The notes: generated by a model not told the origin, from the sequence alone. Counted from the first letter of the stretch, positions 29,601 through 40,325 are shown. The stretch: 64,000 bases of DNA from Oceanispirochaeta sp. (GCA_963663385.2 CAXXXD010000002.1:992001-1056000), one strand, 5' to 3'. Made by a program: numbers and translations.

Positions 29601-31319
29601 GTGATGAGTAAAATTCAGAGGTCTACCATGAAAAGGAGTTCCGGCCGTGTTCTGGTTCTCTGGGGACGTTCCGAAAAGGAACTGCCTCCAAAGCCCGGGA
29701 ACCCCGAGTCTCTGAATAAGGAAGACAGGGATTACTGGTATGATAAGGAGTATGCCGGGTGGGATGCCGCTAAAATCAATATACCTGTTTCTCCTTCCGA
29801 TGGCGCCGCGGGGAAATATGTTATTTATATACAGCCCGGCCCTCACCATTATATGGATGAATATGCCGGGAATCTGAAAAAAAAAGCGGCTGCGGCCGGG
29901 ATCCGTCTGGATATTCTGGAATCCTACTGGGATGATAACCAGTTTGACAGGAATGTCAGCCGTGCCATTGCGGAGAAGCCGGATCTGATTCTGCTTAATC
30001 CGGAAAACCAGGGGAAGAGCAATTTCTGGTACCGGAAAATCAATGAAGCGGGGATTCCTGTTATCGGAGGCAATTTCCTTCCCGATAACGAGGGGTTTTC
30101 CTACCTGCTGGCCTGGACCGGTCCCGACGACTGGGGGCAGATACGGCTTCTGGCCAGAGACCTGGCAGAAAGAATGAACTGCCGGGGGAATTACGCCATT
30201 CTTCAGCACCGGGAAGGCACTTCCAGCTATTTTGCCCGAACCTGGGGGTTCATAAGCGAAATGAAAAGCCGGGCCCCCGGGATGAACTGCCTCGACTGCC
30301 GTTCTCCCGGGATGGATCGGAAAAAAGCCTGTTCTACTGTTATGGATTGGATCGCCCGTTACGGAAGGGATCTCCAGGCTATTCTCAGCTCTGATGATGA
30401 ACAGGTCCTTCTGGGGGTGGTGGATGCCCTGAAAGAAACAGGACGGGAGGATATCCTTACTGTGGCTCCCGGCAGCAGCCGAACAGGATTGGAGCTGCTG
30501 AAACAGGGAAAGGTGGAGGCCCTTACCTATCAGAGCGCTGCAGTGGACGGCAGTATCGCCATGGAGACCATTATTGACTGGTTCGAAGGGGTGCCGGTGG
30601 AGCCGATTCGTTATCTGCCCCAGTACATCATCCACCGGGAGGAAGCTTCTGATTTTCTGAATGCCATCGAGTCTGTGGAAGCCGTGAATCTTGAAACTCT
30701 CTACCGGGGAATTGAAAGCTGCGACTGGGAAGGTGTCTATGGCTTTTTCGGAGATGCCTACCAGATTTTTCTGAAAAAAATGATAATCCCTACAGAAATG
30801 TTTCAGGCCTTCTGCCTGGAGATCCTGACAAACCTGATTCTGATCCTGAACGGCAAAGGTCTTGAAGTTGAGGAAACTATCGGTTCCTATGAGCGCATGA
30901 TAAAGCATCTGCTGCTGGATGAGGATATCGGGAGTGTTCTGGAATGGCTTAACGGTCTGTCTCAAAGTGTTATTCGTCAGATTATGATCAGCCGTAATCA
31001 GAAAACCCCCATCCAGCAGATCATTGATTATGTGGAGGAACACTACTGTGAACCCCTCTCGCTTAAAACACTGGCCCGGGATTTCATGGTTTCTCCCGTT
31101 TATCTGGGACAGCTGTTTCGCAAAGAAACAGGAGAGAAGTTCAATGATTATCTTAACAGGAAAAGGGTGGAAGAAGCCTGTTTCAGGTTGGGCGGGGATA
31201 ATGCCAGGGCCAGTTCCATCGCTCTTGATCTGGGTTTTTCCGATCCGGCCTACTTCTATAAAATCTTCAAAAAATATACGGGAAAATCCGTCTCGGAATT
31301 TGTTAGGGAACAGCTCTGA
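29601..31319 (+). CDS. Fusion regulator: sugar-binding domain + AraC HTH (paralog 3)
   Basis: YWYDKEYAGW, WTGPDDWGQ, LSLKTLA...SPVYLGQLFRKETG, LGFSDPAYFYKIFKK. Start codon uncertain. Confidence 0.85.
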   Translation: MMSKIQRSTMKRSSGRVLVLWGRSEKELPPKPGNPESLNKEDRDYWYDKEYAGWDAAKINIPVSPSDGAAGKYVIYIQPGPHHYMDEYAGNLKKKAAAAGIRLDILESYWDDNQFDRNVSRAIAEKPDLILLNPENQGKSNFWYRKINEAGIPVIGGNFLPDNEGFSYLLAWTGPDDWGQIRLLARDLAERMNCRGNYAILQHREGTSSYFARTWGFISEMKSRAPGMNCLDCRSPGMDRKKACSTVMDWIARYGRDLQAILSSDDEQVLLGVVDALKETGREDILTVAPGSSRTGLELLKQGKVEALTYQSAAVDGSIAMETIIDWFEGVPVEPIRYLPQYIIHREEASDFLNAIESVEAVNLETLYRGIESCDWEGVYGFFGDAYQIFLKKMIIPTEMFQAFCLEILTNLILILNGKGLEVEETIGSYERMIKHLLLDEDIGSVLEWLNGLSQSVIRQIMISRNQKTPIQQIIDYVEEHYCEPLSLKTLARDFMVSPVYLGQLFRKETGEKFNDYLNRKRVEEACFRLGGDNARASSIALDLGFSDPAYFYKIFKKYTGKSVSEFVREQL

Positions 31320-31548
31320 ATGATCTGTTCCCCCGGCCGTCCGGAGTTCCGGGAAACTGCTGTACCCTGACCGAACAGACCGAAACAGGCAATATGGGAT
31401 TAATAAATAAGGGTAAATTGTGAAAAATCCTTATTTTTTGCAGTTTTTTATATAATTTTTCCGGTAGCGGAGAAAAAAAAACGGCTCCTACAATGATATA
31501 TACCCGCCTGAAACGGAACGGGACTTATCTATTCAAAGGAGTTTTTAA

Positions 31549-32724
31549 GTGAAAAAATTACTAACTGTTTTATTGACAATCACACTGAGTTTTGCCTTGT
31601 TTGCAAATGGACAGCAGGAAGCCGGATCCGGTATGAGTGATGATCAAAAGCAGGCAAACCTTGCAGCGTCCAAAGCCATTGATATTTCCAATGTGCGCGG
31701 AAGTGACGGTCAGCTTCTGCTGATGTACGGTGAAACAAGACCTGTGCCTCCCAAACCCGCCGATAAAGCGCTGGCCGATATGTGGAGCCTGGAATATGCC
31801 GGTCGTCAGACCAAGAAACTTCCTATGATCGAATCCCCCAGGGATGGTATTATCGGAAAGAAAATTGTCATGATCCAGCAGTCGGAACATCCCTACTGGA
31901 CCGCCGTAAGTAACGGATCCAAACTGGCTTGTGAAGCCTATATGGCTGAATTCGAGCTGTGGAACCCCAATGGTGACCTGAACCAGCAGAACCAGTATGT
32001 AGACAGAGCCATTGCCGAAAAAGCCGATATGGTTCTTCTGGCAACTCTCGATGCCAAAGCCGGTGTACAGCAGTTCAAAAAACTCTACGAAGCCGGAATC
32101 CCCGCTATCGCCTATAACATGATCCCAACCGATGAAGCCATGAGATACGTTCTGGCTATTACCGCTCCCGATGACTTCGGCCAGTTCAAAATGCTTGCTG
32201 AGCATATGGCTCAGCAGGTTGGTGGAAAAGGCGGCGTTGGTTACATTACCCATATCCCCGGCGGTTCCCCCTATTTTGCCAGAACAACCAATGTTGTTGA
32301 ATATTTCAAGGAAAACTACCCCGGTATGAAAACCCTGGATATCCAGTCTCCCGGATTTGATGCCCCCAAAACAAAACAGGTTGTAGCCGACTGGATCACC
32401 CGTTTCGGTGATGATCTGACCTGTATCGTAGTTTCCGATGACTCCGCACAGGGGCTTGGTGTAACACAGGCTCTGGAAGAAGCCGGAAGAGATGACGTAT
32501 ACGTTATTGCCGCAGGGAACTCCAAAGTAGGAATGGACCTGGTAAAAGCCGGTAAAATTGACGCCATTACCTTCCAGTCTGCCGAAGCAGACGGCGCTGT
32601 TCCTGTCAAGGTTGCCGCCGACTGGTTCAACGGTGTGGATATTGGAGCAAATGCAGCGTTTTACCTGCCCCAGGCAGTTATTACCCCTGAAAACGTAGAC
32701 AGCTATATGCCTGCACAGTGGTGA
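31549..32724 (+). CDS. Sugar ABC transporter substrate-binding protein (RbsB-like, N-terminally extended)
   Basis: Signal peptide ending LFANGQQE, HPYW, TAPDDFGQF, ends PAQW; AAAGGAG RBS and GTG start. Confidence 0.9.
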   Translation: MKKLLTVLLTITLSFALFANGQQEAGSGMSDDQKQANLAASKAIDISNVRGSDGQLLLMYGETRPVPPKPADKALADMWSLEYAGRQTKKLPMIESPRDGIIGKKIVMIQQSEHPYWTAVSNGSKLACEAYMAEFELWNPNGDLNQQNQYVDRAIAEKADMVLLATLDAKAGVQQFKKLYEAGIPAIAYNMIPTDEAMRYVLAITAPDDFGQFKMLAEHMAQQVGGKGGVGYITHIPGGSPYFARTTNVVEYFKENYPGMKTLDIQSPGFDAPKTKQVVADWITRFGDDLTCIVVSDDSAQGLGVTQALEEAGRDDVYVIAAGNSKVGMDLVKAGKIDAITFQSAEADGAVPVKVAADWFNGVDIGANAAFYLPQAVITPENVDSYMPAQW

Positions 32725-32843
32725 TCCATTACATTTTCTCATATTGAATGATAGAGGGAGGCGGTAACGCCTCCCCTAATTGCAGAACAAAACACAAGAA
32801 CAAAACTGTGGAACAAATGAAAAAAACATTTGGGAGATTTTAA

Positions 32844-34367
32844 GTGGAAGACTTTACCATTGCATTACAGATGCAGAAAGTAAGAAAACAATTTCCCGGT
32901 ACATTGGCAATTAACAATGTGGATTTTGAAGTCAGAGCTGGTGAAGTCCATGCCCTGATGGGAGAGAACGGAGCCGGAAAATCAACGCTCATGAAAATCC
33001 TGGCCGGATCCTACGCGGACTATTCCGGTGAGATAAAAATCGGAGGAAAGAGCGTTAACCTCCATACCCCTATGCAGGCTAAGGAAGTCGGTGTGGGAAT
33101 GGTTTATCAGGAACTGAGTATTGCCTATAACAGAAGCGTTATGGAAAACATGTTTGCCGGCAATATTCCAAAGAAAGGACTCTTCGTTGATGAAGCAGCC
33201 CTTAGAAAGCAGACAACCGAGTCTCTGAAAAGAGTCGGACTGGATAAGAAAATCGATCCTTGTGTCATGATGAAAAATATCAGTCAGCATGAATCCCAGT
33301 TGATTGAGATGGCCAAGGTTTTAAATAATAATCCCTATATTATGGTTATGGACGAGCCCACATCAGCTCTCTCAAATGAAGAAGTGAAGATGCTTTTCGA
33401 GATTATAAGGGATATTAAAAAACAGGGTGTTTCCGTTGTCTATATTTCCCACCACCTGCCGGAAGTTTTCGAAGTGGCCGATAGAGTTACTGTTCTGCGG
33501 GATGGAAAGAAGATCGCCACAAAAGATATCAGGGATGTAACCAGGGAAGAACTTGTTGAGATGATGGTCGGAGAGAAGGTCGAGGATTATTACAAACAGG
33601 AATCCCACTGCTGTCAGGATAAGGCCCTTGAAGTAAGGAATCTGACCCACTACGGATTTGTTCACGATATCTCTTTTGATCTCTACGAAGGGGAAATCCT
33701 TGGTGTTATGGGACTGGCCGGCTCGGGACGTACAGAGCTGGGCCGCTGTCTGGCCGGAGCAGACAGGGTAGATTACGGTGAAGTGATCCTTGATGGCGAA
33801 AAGGTTGAGATCAGGACCATGAGTCAGATGTTGAATAAGGGACTTGCCTATCTGAGTGAAAACAGGAAAACAGAAGGCCTCGCCCTGCGTCTTTCCAACA
33901 GGGATAATATCCTTTCTTCCATAATAGGCCGTCTTTCCAGCAAGGGATTTTTTATCCCCCGCAAGGGAGATCCTATTGTGGAAGACCTTTATAGAAAACT
34001 GTCCATCTATCCCCCGGATCCCTCTATCGGAACATCCAATCTGTCCGGTGGTAATCAGCAGAAGATTCTGCTGGCCAAATGGCTCTCCACCAAGCCCAAG
34101 GTCCTGATCCTGGATGAACCGACCCGCGGTGTGGATGTGGGAGCCAAAAAACTGATTCATGAAACAATTGTCAGCCTGGCTAAAGAGGGGATGGCGGTTC
34201 TTCTGCTTTCCTCGGATCTGCCGGAACTGGTTTCCCTTTCGGACCGGATATGTGTGTTGAAACAGGGGCATATGATAGGCGATCTTACCAAAGAAGACGG
34301 TTTTGATGAAACAAAAATTCTATTGGCCGCCAATGGTGACAGGAGTGTGTTCAGTGTTGAGTACTAA
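32844..34367 (+). CDS. Sugar ABC transporter ATP-binding protein
   Basis: GENGAGKST, LSGGNQQK, DEPTRGVDVGAK. Confidence 0.95.
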   Translation: MEDFTIALQMQKVRKQFPGTLAINNVDFEVRAGEVHALMGENGAGKSTLMKILAGSYADYSGEIKIGGKSVNLHTPMQAKEVGVGMVYQELSIAYNRSVMENMFAGNIPKKGLFVDEAALRKQTTESLKRVGLDKKIDPCVMMKNISQHESQLIEMAKVLNNNPYIMVMDEPTSALSNEEVKMLFEIIRDIKKQGVSVVYISHHLPEVFEVADRVTVLRDGKKIATKDIRDVTREELVEMMVGEKVEDYYKQESHCCQDKALEVRNLTHYGFVHDISFDLYEGEILGVMGLAGSGRTELGRCLAGADRVDYGEVILDGEKVEIRTMSQMLNKGLAYLSENRKTEGLALRLSNRDNILSSIIGRLSSKGFFIPRKGDPIVEDLYRKLSIYPPDPSIGTSNLSGGNQQKILLAKWLSTKPKVLILDEPTRGVDVGAKKLIHETIVSLAKEGMAVLLLSSDLPELVSLSDRICVLKQGHMIGDLTKEDGFDETKILLAANGDRSVFSVEY

Positions 34368-35442
34368 TGTAATTAAAAAAGGGGATGTCAGAAAAACCAA
34401 ACAGAATTCCTTTACTGTAATTGTAAACCGTTTCGGCGTCTTCTTTATGATCCTTGTACTGGCTCTGATCGGGATGATAGTCTCTCCCAATTTTCTGAGC
34501 AGTACGAACTTGTTGAATATTTTAAATGCTGTTTCCTATCTGGGGATTGTTGCGGCAGGTATTGCCTTTGTCATCTACTGCGGTCAGTACGGTGATCTGT
34601 CGGCTCCGATGACTATGGCTATTTCCGGTGTTATCAGTGTTGAGTTTATGCGATACGGACTTGTCCCCGGTTTTATAGCCGCCATGTGCACCGGTCTGGT
34701 GATCGGTCTGATAAACGGCTACATTATCGGAAAACTCCGGGCCAATGCCATTATCTGGACGCTGGCAATGAACTTCATCCTGGAGGGACTGGTAAGATGG
34801 TCGTATAAGGGAACCCAGATCTATCCGGATATGGCAACCGAGAAGACCTATCAGACCGGGTTCTTTCTGCCCCTGCTGCACAAGCTGGACAGGAATATCA
34901 TGGATATTGATCTTGCTTCCCGGGCTGAGGCGTTTAACGGGCTGGCGACAACCTACCCGCTGGGAGTTCCCCTTGTTCTGTATGTCATGTTTTTTGTCAT
35001 GATTATCGGTTATATCATCATGTCAAAATCCACCTTCGGTAATCAGCTGACCGTAGTCGGTTCCAGTTATGAAGTTGGAAAAATGTCCGGAATCAATGCG
35101 ACCAGAACGGTTATGTTCGCTTTTATGATGTCTTCCATGTTTGCCGCTGTAGCGGGCGTCTTTATGACCTCCCTTAACCAGGTAGGGGCCTTCTACATAG
35201 GTCAGGGCTATGACTTCAAGGCTGTAACGGCCATTATCCTGGGCGGTATGAGCCTGGCCGGCGGCCGGGGGAGTATGATCGGTGTATTCGGAGGTGTTTT
35301 TACTCTGGGACTGATCAGCAATATACTGACTCTGATTGGAATCGGTACGTTCACCCAGAATATGATAACCGGAATCATTTTTGTAATCGTGGTAGCGGTT
35401 AATGCCAGATCACTGAGAAAATTAGGACGGGATTATGCTTGA
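34354..35442 (+). CDS. Sugar ABC transporter permease
   Basis: BPD_transp_2 motifs (GQGYDFKAVTAIILGGMSLAGGRGS). GTG 34354 after AGGAG chosen as start. Confidence 0.9.
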   Translation: MLSTNVIKKGDVRKTKQNSFTVIVNRFGVFFMILVLALIGMIVSPNFLSSTNLLNILNAVSYLGIVAAGIAFVIYCGQYGDLSAPMTMAISGVISVEFMRYGLVPGFIAAMCTGLVIGLINGYIIGKLRANAIIWTLAMNFILEGLVRWSYKGTQIYPDMATEKTYQTGFFLPLLHKLDRNIMDIDLASRAEAFNGLATTYPLGVPLVLYVMFFVMIIGYIIMSKSTFGNQLTVVGSSYEVGKMSGINATRTVMFAFMMSSMFAAVAGVFMTSLNQVGAFYIGQGYDFKAVTAIILGGMSLAGGRGSMIGVFGGVFTLGLISNILTLIGIGTFTQNMITGIIFVIVVAVNARSLRKLGRDYA

Positions 35443-36541
35443 TTTGAAAAATAGGAATAAAGATGAATTAGTTGACAGGATGAACCATAACAGAATCTAT
35501 ATATTTATGGTTCTGGTGTTCATACTGATGTCGATCGGCGCTCCGGGGTTTATGAGATCCAGTAATTTTGCTCCCATGATGAAAACCGGTCTGCTCCCCA
35601 TGATGGTGGGAATCGGATTTACCTTTGTTATGATCGGAGGGAACTTCGATCTCTCTATCGGTTCGGTCATAAATGTGGGCGCCGTAATGGTTATGGGAGA
35701 ATTTAACCGTTTCTACTATTTATTCGGCGGAGAGGCAGGCGGATCAGCCGCTGTTTTCTGGGCCTGGGCTATAGCTATTGTCATTGCTCTGGCTGCGGGA
35801 TCCCTTGTCGGACTGATCAATGGTCTGGTAGTCGCCCGGGGAAAAGTACACTCTTTTATTGTAACAATCGGTACTCTTACAGCCATGCAGGGATTTGTGT
35901 ATACCTATTCCAAGGGGAATACCATCAGCGCCGACAGTTATGCTCTGGTGGATGTAATTGAAAAGCCCTTCTTACGGGTTCCGTACCTTGAGATGTTTAC
36001 CTGGCGCTTTGTGATCACTGTTCTGGTGCTGGTCTTCTTTGAGATTCTTCTGATAAAAACCCGATGGGGCAAGGATCTTTTTATGGTAGGCAGTAATGCA
36101 GAGGCAGCCTGGCAGGCCGGTATCAATACCGAAAAAAAGATTACCTGGACTTTTGTCATATCCGGTTTCTGTGCGGCTTTCGGAGGCATCCTTTTCGCTG
36201 CTTCCATGAATGCGGCGGTACCAAACTACGGGGAGCGGGGAATCAGTCCTCTTATGCTTGTTCTGGCTTCCACCATTATCGGCGGTACGGTTATGACCGG
36301 CGGATACGGCTCTGTTGTTAAAACCGCAGTGGCTGTTATTACGATCGAATCAATTTTTAACGGTCTGATCGGTATGGGACTGGGATTTGACTCCCAGGTA
36401 CTTGCGGCGGGAATCCTTCTGGGCGCTGTTGTACTGGGTGAAGCCTATGCCCTCTACAAACAGGCTCTCAAGAGAGGAGAACGGCCGGCCATGCTGAACG
36501 AAGCTGAAAAGCTGAAGCATATGCATACTCAGAAAGGCTGA
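35435..36541 (+). CDS. Sugar ABC transporter permease (second subunit)
   Basis: GGNFDLSIGS, TRWG......GSN.EAA..AGI, IIGGT...GG.GS. Confidence 0.9.
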   Translation: MLDLKNRNKDELVDRMNHNRIYIFMVLVFILMSIGAPGFMRSSNFAPMMKTGLLPMMVGIGFTFVMIGGNFDLSIGSVINVGAVMVMGEFNRFYYLFGGEAGGSAAVFWAWAIAIVIALAAGSLVGLINGLVVARGKVHSFIVTIGTLTAMQGFVYTYSKGNTISADSYALVDVIEKPFLRVPYLEMFTWRFVITVLVLVFFEILLIKTRWGKDLFMVGSNAEAAWQAGINTEKKITWTFVISGFCAAFGGILFAASMNAAVPNYGERGISPLMLVLASTIIGGTVMTGGYGSVVKTAVAVITIESIFNGLIGMGLGFDSQVLAAGILLGAVVLGEAYALYKQALKRGERPAMLNEAEKLKHMHTQKG

Positions 36542-36619
36542 CCCCCTCGGCTTCGCTAGGGTGTCCCTGATAATTCCCCTCCTTCGGAGAGGGGTTCTAT
36601 ATTTAAAGGAGCAAAAGTA

Positions 36620-36943
36620 ATGAAGCGATTTGGACAGGTTATTAAAGTGGATCCCGCCGGGATTGAGAAATATAAATATCATCACGCCAATCCCTGGCCT
36701 GAAATCAATGATATGATAAAGCAGTGCAACATCAGCAACTACTCCATCTATCTGAAGGACGATTACCTTTTTGCCTATATGGAGTATACGGGCTGTGATT
36801 TTGAAGCGGATATGGCCAAAATGGCGGCAGATCCCAAAACACAGGAGTGGTGGGATCTGATGAAGCCCCTGCAGCGGCCTATTGATACCCGGAAGGAAGG
36901 CGAGTGGTGGGCCGATATGGAAGAGGTATACCACCTGGACTGA
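36620..36943 (+). CDS. rhaM: L-rhamnose mutarotase family protein
   Basis: KY...HA.PWPE, NYSIY, LFAYMEY, TQEWW..M.P.Q, MEEVYHLD. Confidence 0.88.
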   Translation: MKRFGQVIKVDPAGIEKYKYHHANPWPEINDMIKQCNISNYSIYLKDDYLFAYMEYTGCDFEADMAKMAADPKTQEWWDLMKPLQRPIDTRKEGEWWADMEEVYHLD

Positions 36944-36951
36944 TTTAAAAA

Positions 36952-37025
36952 ATCCCTCATTCTCCCCGCAGTAGAGTGACTGCTGTAGGATGACTCCCCT
37001 CCCTGTGAAGGGGTCGGGGGAGGTC
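36952..37025. repeat. Pyrimidine/purine-skewed palindromic intergenic repeat (family member)
   Basis: CCCTC..TCTCCCC....GAG.GACT...CCCCTCC....GGGG..GGGGGAGGTC, same layout as 59613-59689. Confidence 0.6.
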
Positions 37026-37043
37026 CGATAGTTCGAGGGGGGG

Positions 37044-37901
37044 CTATATGCTGCTTCTATTATAGGTTCTGTACTGACTGGGCGACAGCCCGGTCTTTTT
37101 TTTGAAAAAGCGGGAAAAGTAGTACTGGTCCTTAAACTGCAGCAGAAAGGCTATTTTTTTTACGGTATAATCCGTTAGAAGCAGGTACTCCTGGGCAGAG
37201 GATACCAGGCTCTTATCCATATAGCTTTTAATGGAGTATCCCGTATCCTCTTTAAGGCTTTTATACAGAGTGGACTGGGAGGAGTTCATAAAATCCACCA
37301 CATCCGAAACCAGAAGCCTGGCTGAGCTGTTCTCATTGATAAAGCGGAAAAGAGTTTCGTATTTAACAACCCTCTCTATATGAGATTTGAGGTCTACCTC
37401 GTACTTTTCGATAAATCGTCCCATTATCTGAAACAGTATACTCTTGAATGTTACTATACTTTCCAGAGATCCCGATTCGGCGCTGCGGATTATGCGTCTG
37501 ATATGCTCCACCTGTTCCTCCAGGACCAGACAGTCCCGGCACTGGTCAAAAACATCAACACCTTTCATTAAAGAGACATTCAAATGAATAAAAAACTGAT
37601 CCATATGGCGGTCACAGTAGTAGGACCAGGTGGAGTGGGCCGGAATAAGGTAGATATTTCCGGGTACCAGGTCTACCGTTATTTCTTCAGCGGTTCCTGA
37701 CCGGACGATTTTTCCCGCTCCGTCAAGTATAAAATAGAGGCGGTGGAAGGGGGATGTAATTTTCTCATGTATCCAGTCATCCGCCAGGGCAACATGACCG
37801 TGAATATAATTTTCTACGGCCATGTTATTAATCAGAAAATCAAAGTATTCAATCTGGGAGATAATCTGATTATCAAAACGGGTAACCTTCATACCTCCCA
37901 T
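37044..37901 (-). CDS. AraC-family transcriptional regulator (cupin-type sensor)
   Basis: HRLYFILDG.G N-terminal cupin; IA..L.FKDQYYFSRFFKKKTG.SP.QYR. Confidence 0.9.
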   Translation of the reverse strand: MGGMKVTRFDNQIISQIEYFDFLINNMAVENYIHGHVALADDWIHEKITSPFHRLYFILDGAGKIVRSGTAEEITVDLVPGNIYLIPAHSTWSYYCDRHMDQFFIHLNVSLMKGVDVFDQCRDCLVLEEQVEHIRRIIRSAESGSLESIVTFKSILFQIMGRFIEKYEVDLKSHIERVVKYETLFRFINENSSARLLVSDVVDFMNSSQSTLYKSLKEDTGYSIKSYMDKSLVSSAQEYLLLTDYTVKKIAFLLQFKDQYYFSRFFKKKTGLSPSQYRTYNRSSI

Positions 37902-37908
37902 GGTAATA

Positions 37909-38943
37909 CTACTGAATGCTTTTGAACAGAGCTTCTACATTCTCGGGGGGAATATCGGGAAGGATGGCTTCATGGCTGGGTGAGAGAACCAGGCCTGTAG
38001 GAAATATGCTTTTCAGTTCTGCAACCTTTTCCTCTATCTCTTTTTTTGTGCCCTTAACCAGAAGGTACTGGGCATCCACACCGCCGCAGAACGCAACCCT
38101 GTCGCCGAAGTCATCCTTAAGCCCCTGAGGTTCCATCCCCGCTGCCAGGGCCTGTATGGGATGAATCACATCCACTCCCGTATCAATCAGATCGCTGATT
38201 ATCGGCCGGATGGCACCGCAGGAGTGGTGGATCACTTTCAACCCGTAGCTGTGAGCCTGCTCCACAAACCGTTTTGTCCCCGGCAGTACCAGGTCCCGGA
38301 TCAGATCGGGAGAGAGAAGCAGGCTGTCCTGGCTACCCAGATCATTACCGATCAGTACGGCGTGAACCCTTCCTCTGGCAGCCTTGTAGAAGATCTCATT
38401 GGCTTCCAGATAGAACTGAATGATCCGTTCATTAACCGCTTTATACATTTCCGGTTCCAGCATCATTTTAATCATGGCTGTTTCCATACCGAAGGCGGCG
38501 CTGGCATCCTGAAAATGGGCTGACCACAGTACTCCCATAATAACCTTGTCTTTGGGGGCTGCTTCAATCTCTCTTTCCAGTTCATCAAGATCTATGTACT
38601 TTTTGGGATCGGGCCAGTCAAAATCTTCAACCTTCGCCGGATCGGAATAATCCTGGAAAAAGCCGGGTGCCGTCAGGGTTCTCTCAAAATCATCATGTTC
38701 TTCGCCCGTATTTCTGGCAAAACTGAGAGCCGTATAGATGGCATCCGATACGGGGGAGTGGTAGGGGAGTTCAATAGGATAGATATCATCGTTGATGGCA
38801 GTGGTCATCTCTTTGATATCATTTATTTTAAAATACTCTTTCAGGGGCTGCTGAGCTTCCGGAACAGGAAGACCCAGCCAGCTGGCAGGGTAATCTACAG
38901 GTTTTTTATCTATCGTGGCAAAAAAACGTTCAATATGTGTCAT
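37909..38943 (-). CDS. URO-D-fold protein, putative methyltransferase
   Basis: GNDLGSQ, HHSCG, HPIQ, FCGGVD.Q, SPSHEAILPDIPPENV. Confidence 0.85.
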   Translation of the reverse strand: MTHIERFFATIDKKPVDYPASWLGLPVPEAQQPLKEYFKINDIKEMTTAINDDIYPIELPYHSPVSDAIYTALSFARNTGEEHDDFERTLTAPGFFQDYSDPAKVEDFDWPDPKKYIDLDELEREIEAAPKDKVIMGVLWSAHFQDASAAFGMETAMIKMMLEPEMYKAVNERIIQFYLEANEIFYKAARGRVHAVLIGNDLGSQDSLLLSPDLIRDLVLPGTKRFVEQAHSYGLKVIHHSCGAIRPIISDLIDTGVDVIHPIQALAAGMEPQGLKDDFGDRVAFCGGVDAQYLLVKGTKKEIEEKVAELKSIFPTGLVLSPSHEAILPDIPPENVEALFKSIQ

Positions 38944-39095
38944 CTGTCCATCTCCTTTTCTTGTCTGGTATTATTCTAGCAGACATCTGGGATATTCAAA
39001 TGGACAGATATTTCTAAATGATGGACATTTTCGTATTTGAAATGTGCAGGGCCTCATACTGTCACATACAGCTATTCAATTATCATATCCTTTCT

Positions 39096-39156
39096 CCGAC
39101 CCTCACCTCCCGGTCCCCTCTCCTCATGGGAGAGGGGATTAAGGGGTGAGGGTCGG
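39096..39156. repeat. BoxC-like nested palindromic intergenic repeat
   Basis: CCGACCCTCACC...CCCCTCTCC-tcatg-GGAGAGGGG...GGTGAGGGTCGG. Confidence 0.7.
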
Positions 39157-39164
39157 TTAAATAA

Positions 39165-40325
39165 TCAGCTGATATCCCACTCCCCCAGATCCAGGGGATA
39201 GACACCGTGCTTTTTAACAAGATTATAGACAAACTCATAGCGTTCGGCGCTTACATTGCTGGGGACAGAGTGGTCCGACTGTACGATGTATCCTCCGCCC
39301 CTGGCGGCATTCAGTTTGGTCATCACCTCTGCTTTCAGTTCATCCAGGGGGGCATCAGCCCATTTCATAACATTTATATTTCCGCAGAAACCCATATCAT
39401 GCCCGAAGATTTTCCTTTTATCGTTCACATCCATACCGGATTTGGCCTCCAGCGGGTTGTAGCAGTCCAGACCGATTTCTATCAGATCAGGCCAGATGGC
39501 TGTGGAGTTCCCGCAGCCGTGGTAGATAACCGGAAGATTTTTACTGTGGGCAAAGTCTATCATGTTTTTTACCGCCGGTTTGAAATACCGGCGCCAGTAA
39601 TCCGGTGAAAAGAGCATCCCGTTAACATAGGCCACATCGCCCCAGATAACAAAACCGTCCAGATTGCCATCAGCCGCTTCGTACTGAGCTTTCATTATTT
39701 CGAGGTTAAAAGCGGAAACACGGTTCAGGAAGGTTCCCAGTTCGTCAGGGTAGAGGGCTGACCAGAGCAGAAGGTTTTCAGTCCCGATTATCCGCCATCC
39801 CTCTTCCATTGTTTCGCAGACTCCTCCGTAAACGGGAAAATCGGGGTACAGGGATTTAACCCTTTCGGAAAAGGCCGGGATATTCCTGGAGATAACTTCC
39901 GAAACACCGTTTATCTGGTCGTCGCCGCTTTTGAAATACCGTCTTTCATCCCAGGGATCATCAAATTCAAAAGCCAGCATTTTCTCTACCGTGTCAGTTT
40001 CGAATTTTTCAAAATAGGGCATCTGGGCTCCCTTTTTATGGCGGACCACCGCTTCAAATCCCGTCCGGACAATCTGTTCGTCATCCGTATCCTTTACCAT
40101 TTCAAAGGGTTTGATATGAGGATCCATATTGGGATTGGTACAGATCCAGTCCAGGTTATAGTAATAGTACGGATCCGCATCTGAGGCCAGTCCAAGCTCT
40201 TCCCTCCAGCGTTCAATAAAGGTCAGCCAGAAAAAATCGCTGATCGGGACCCTGTCCGCTTCTTCATGGCGCAGGGTTTTATTCATTCTGTCCAGTTTTA
40301 AAAGGCAATTGTCTGTTCTATTCAT
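39165..40325 (-). CDS. URO-D-fold protein, putative methyltransferase
   Basis: H.E.DRVP, WGDVA, YHGCGN, NPLE, FCGNI, GGGYI.QSDHSVP. Confidence 0.85.
   Translation of the reverse strand: MNRTDNCLLKLDRMNKTLRHEEADRVPISDFFWLTFIERWREELGLASDADPYYYYNLDWICTNPNMDPHIKPFEMVKDTDDEQIVRTGFEAVVRHKKGAQMPYFEKFETDTVEKMLAFEFDDPWDERRYFKSGDDQINGVSEVISRNIPAFSERVKSLYPDFPVYGGVCETMEEGWRIIGTENLLLWSALYPDELGTFLNRVSAFNLEIMKAQYEAADGNLDGFVIWGDVAYVNGMLFSPDYWRRYFKPAVKNMIDFAHSKNLPVIYHGCGNSTAIWPDLIEIGLDCYNPLEAKSGMDVNDKRKIFGHDMGFCGNINVMKWADAPLDELKAEVMTKLNAARGGGYIVQSDHSVPSNVSAERYEFVYNLVKKHGVYPLDLGEWDIS

Noticed and set aside
25047..40325. Calling the URO-D-fold genes hemE (haem biosynthesis)
   Set aside because: They lack the N-terminal RQAGR motif of true UroD, carry HxC metal motifs and sit among sugar-uptake genes.
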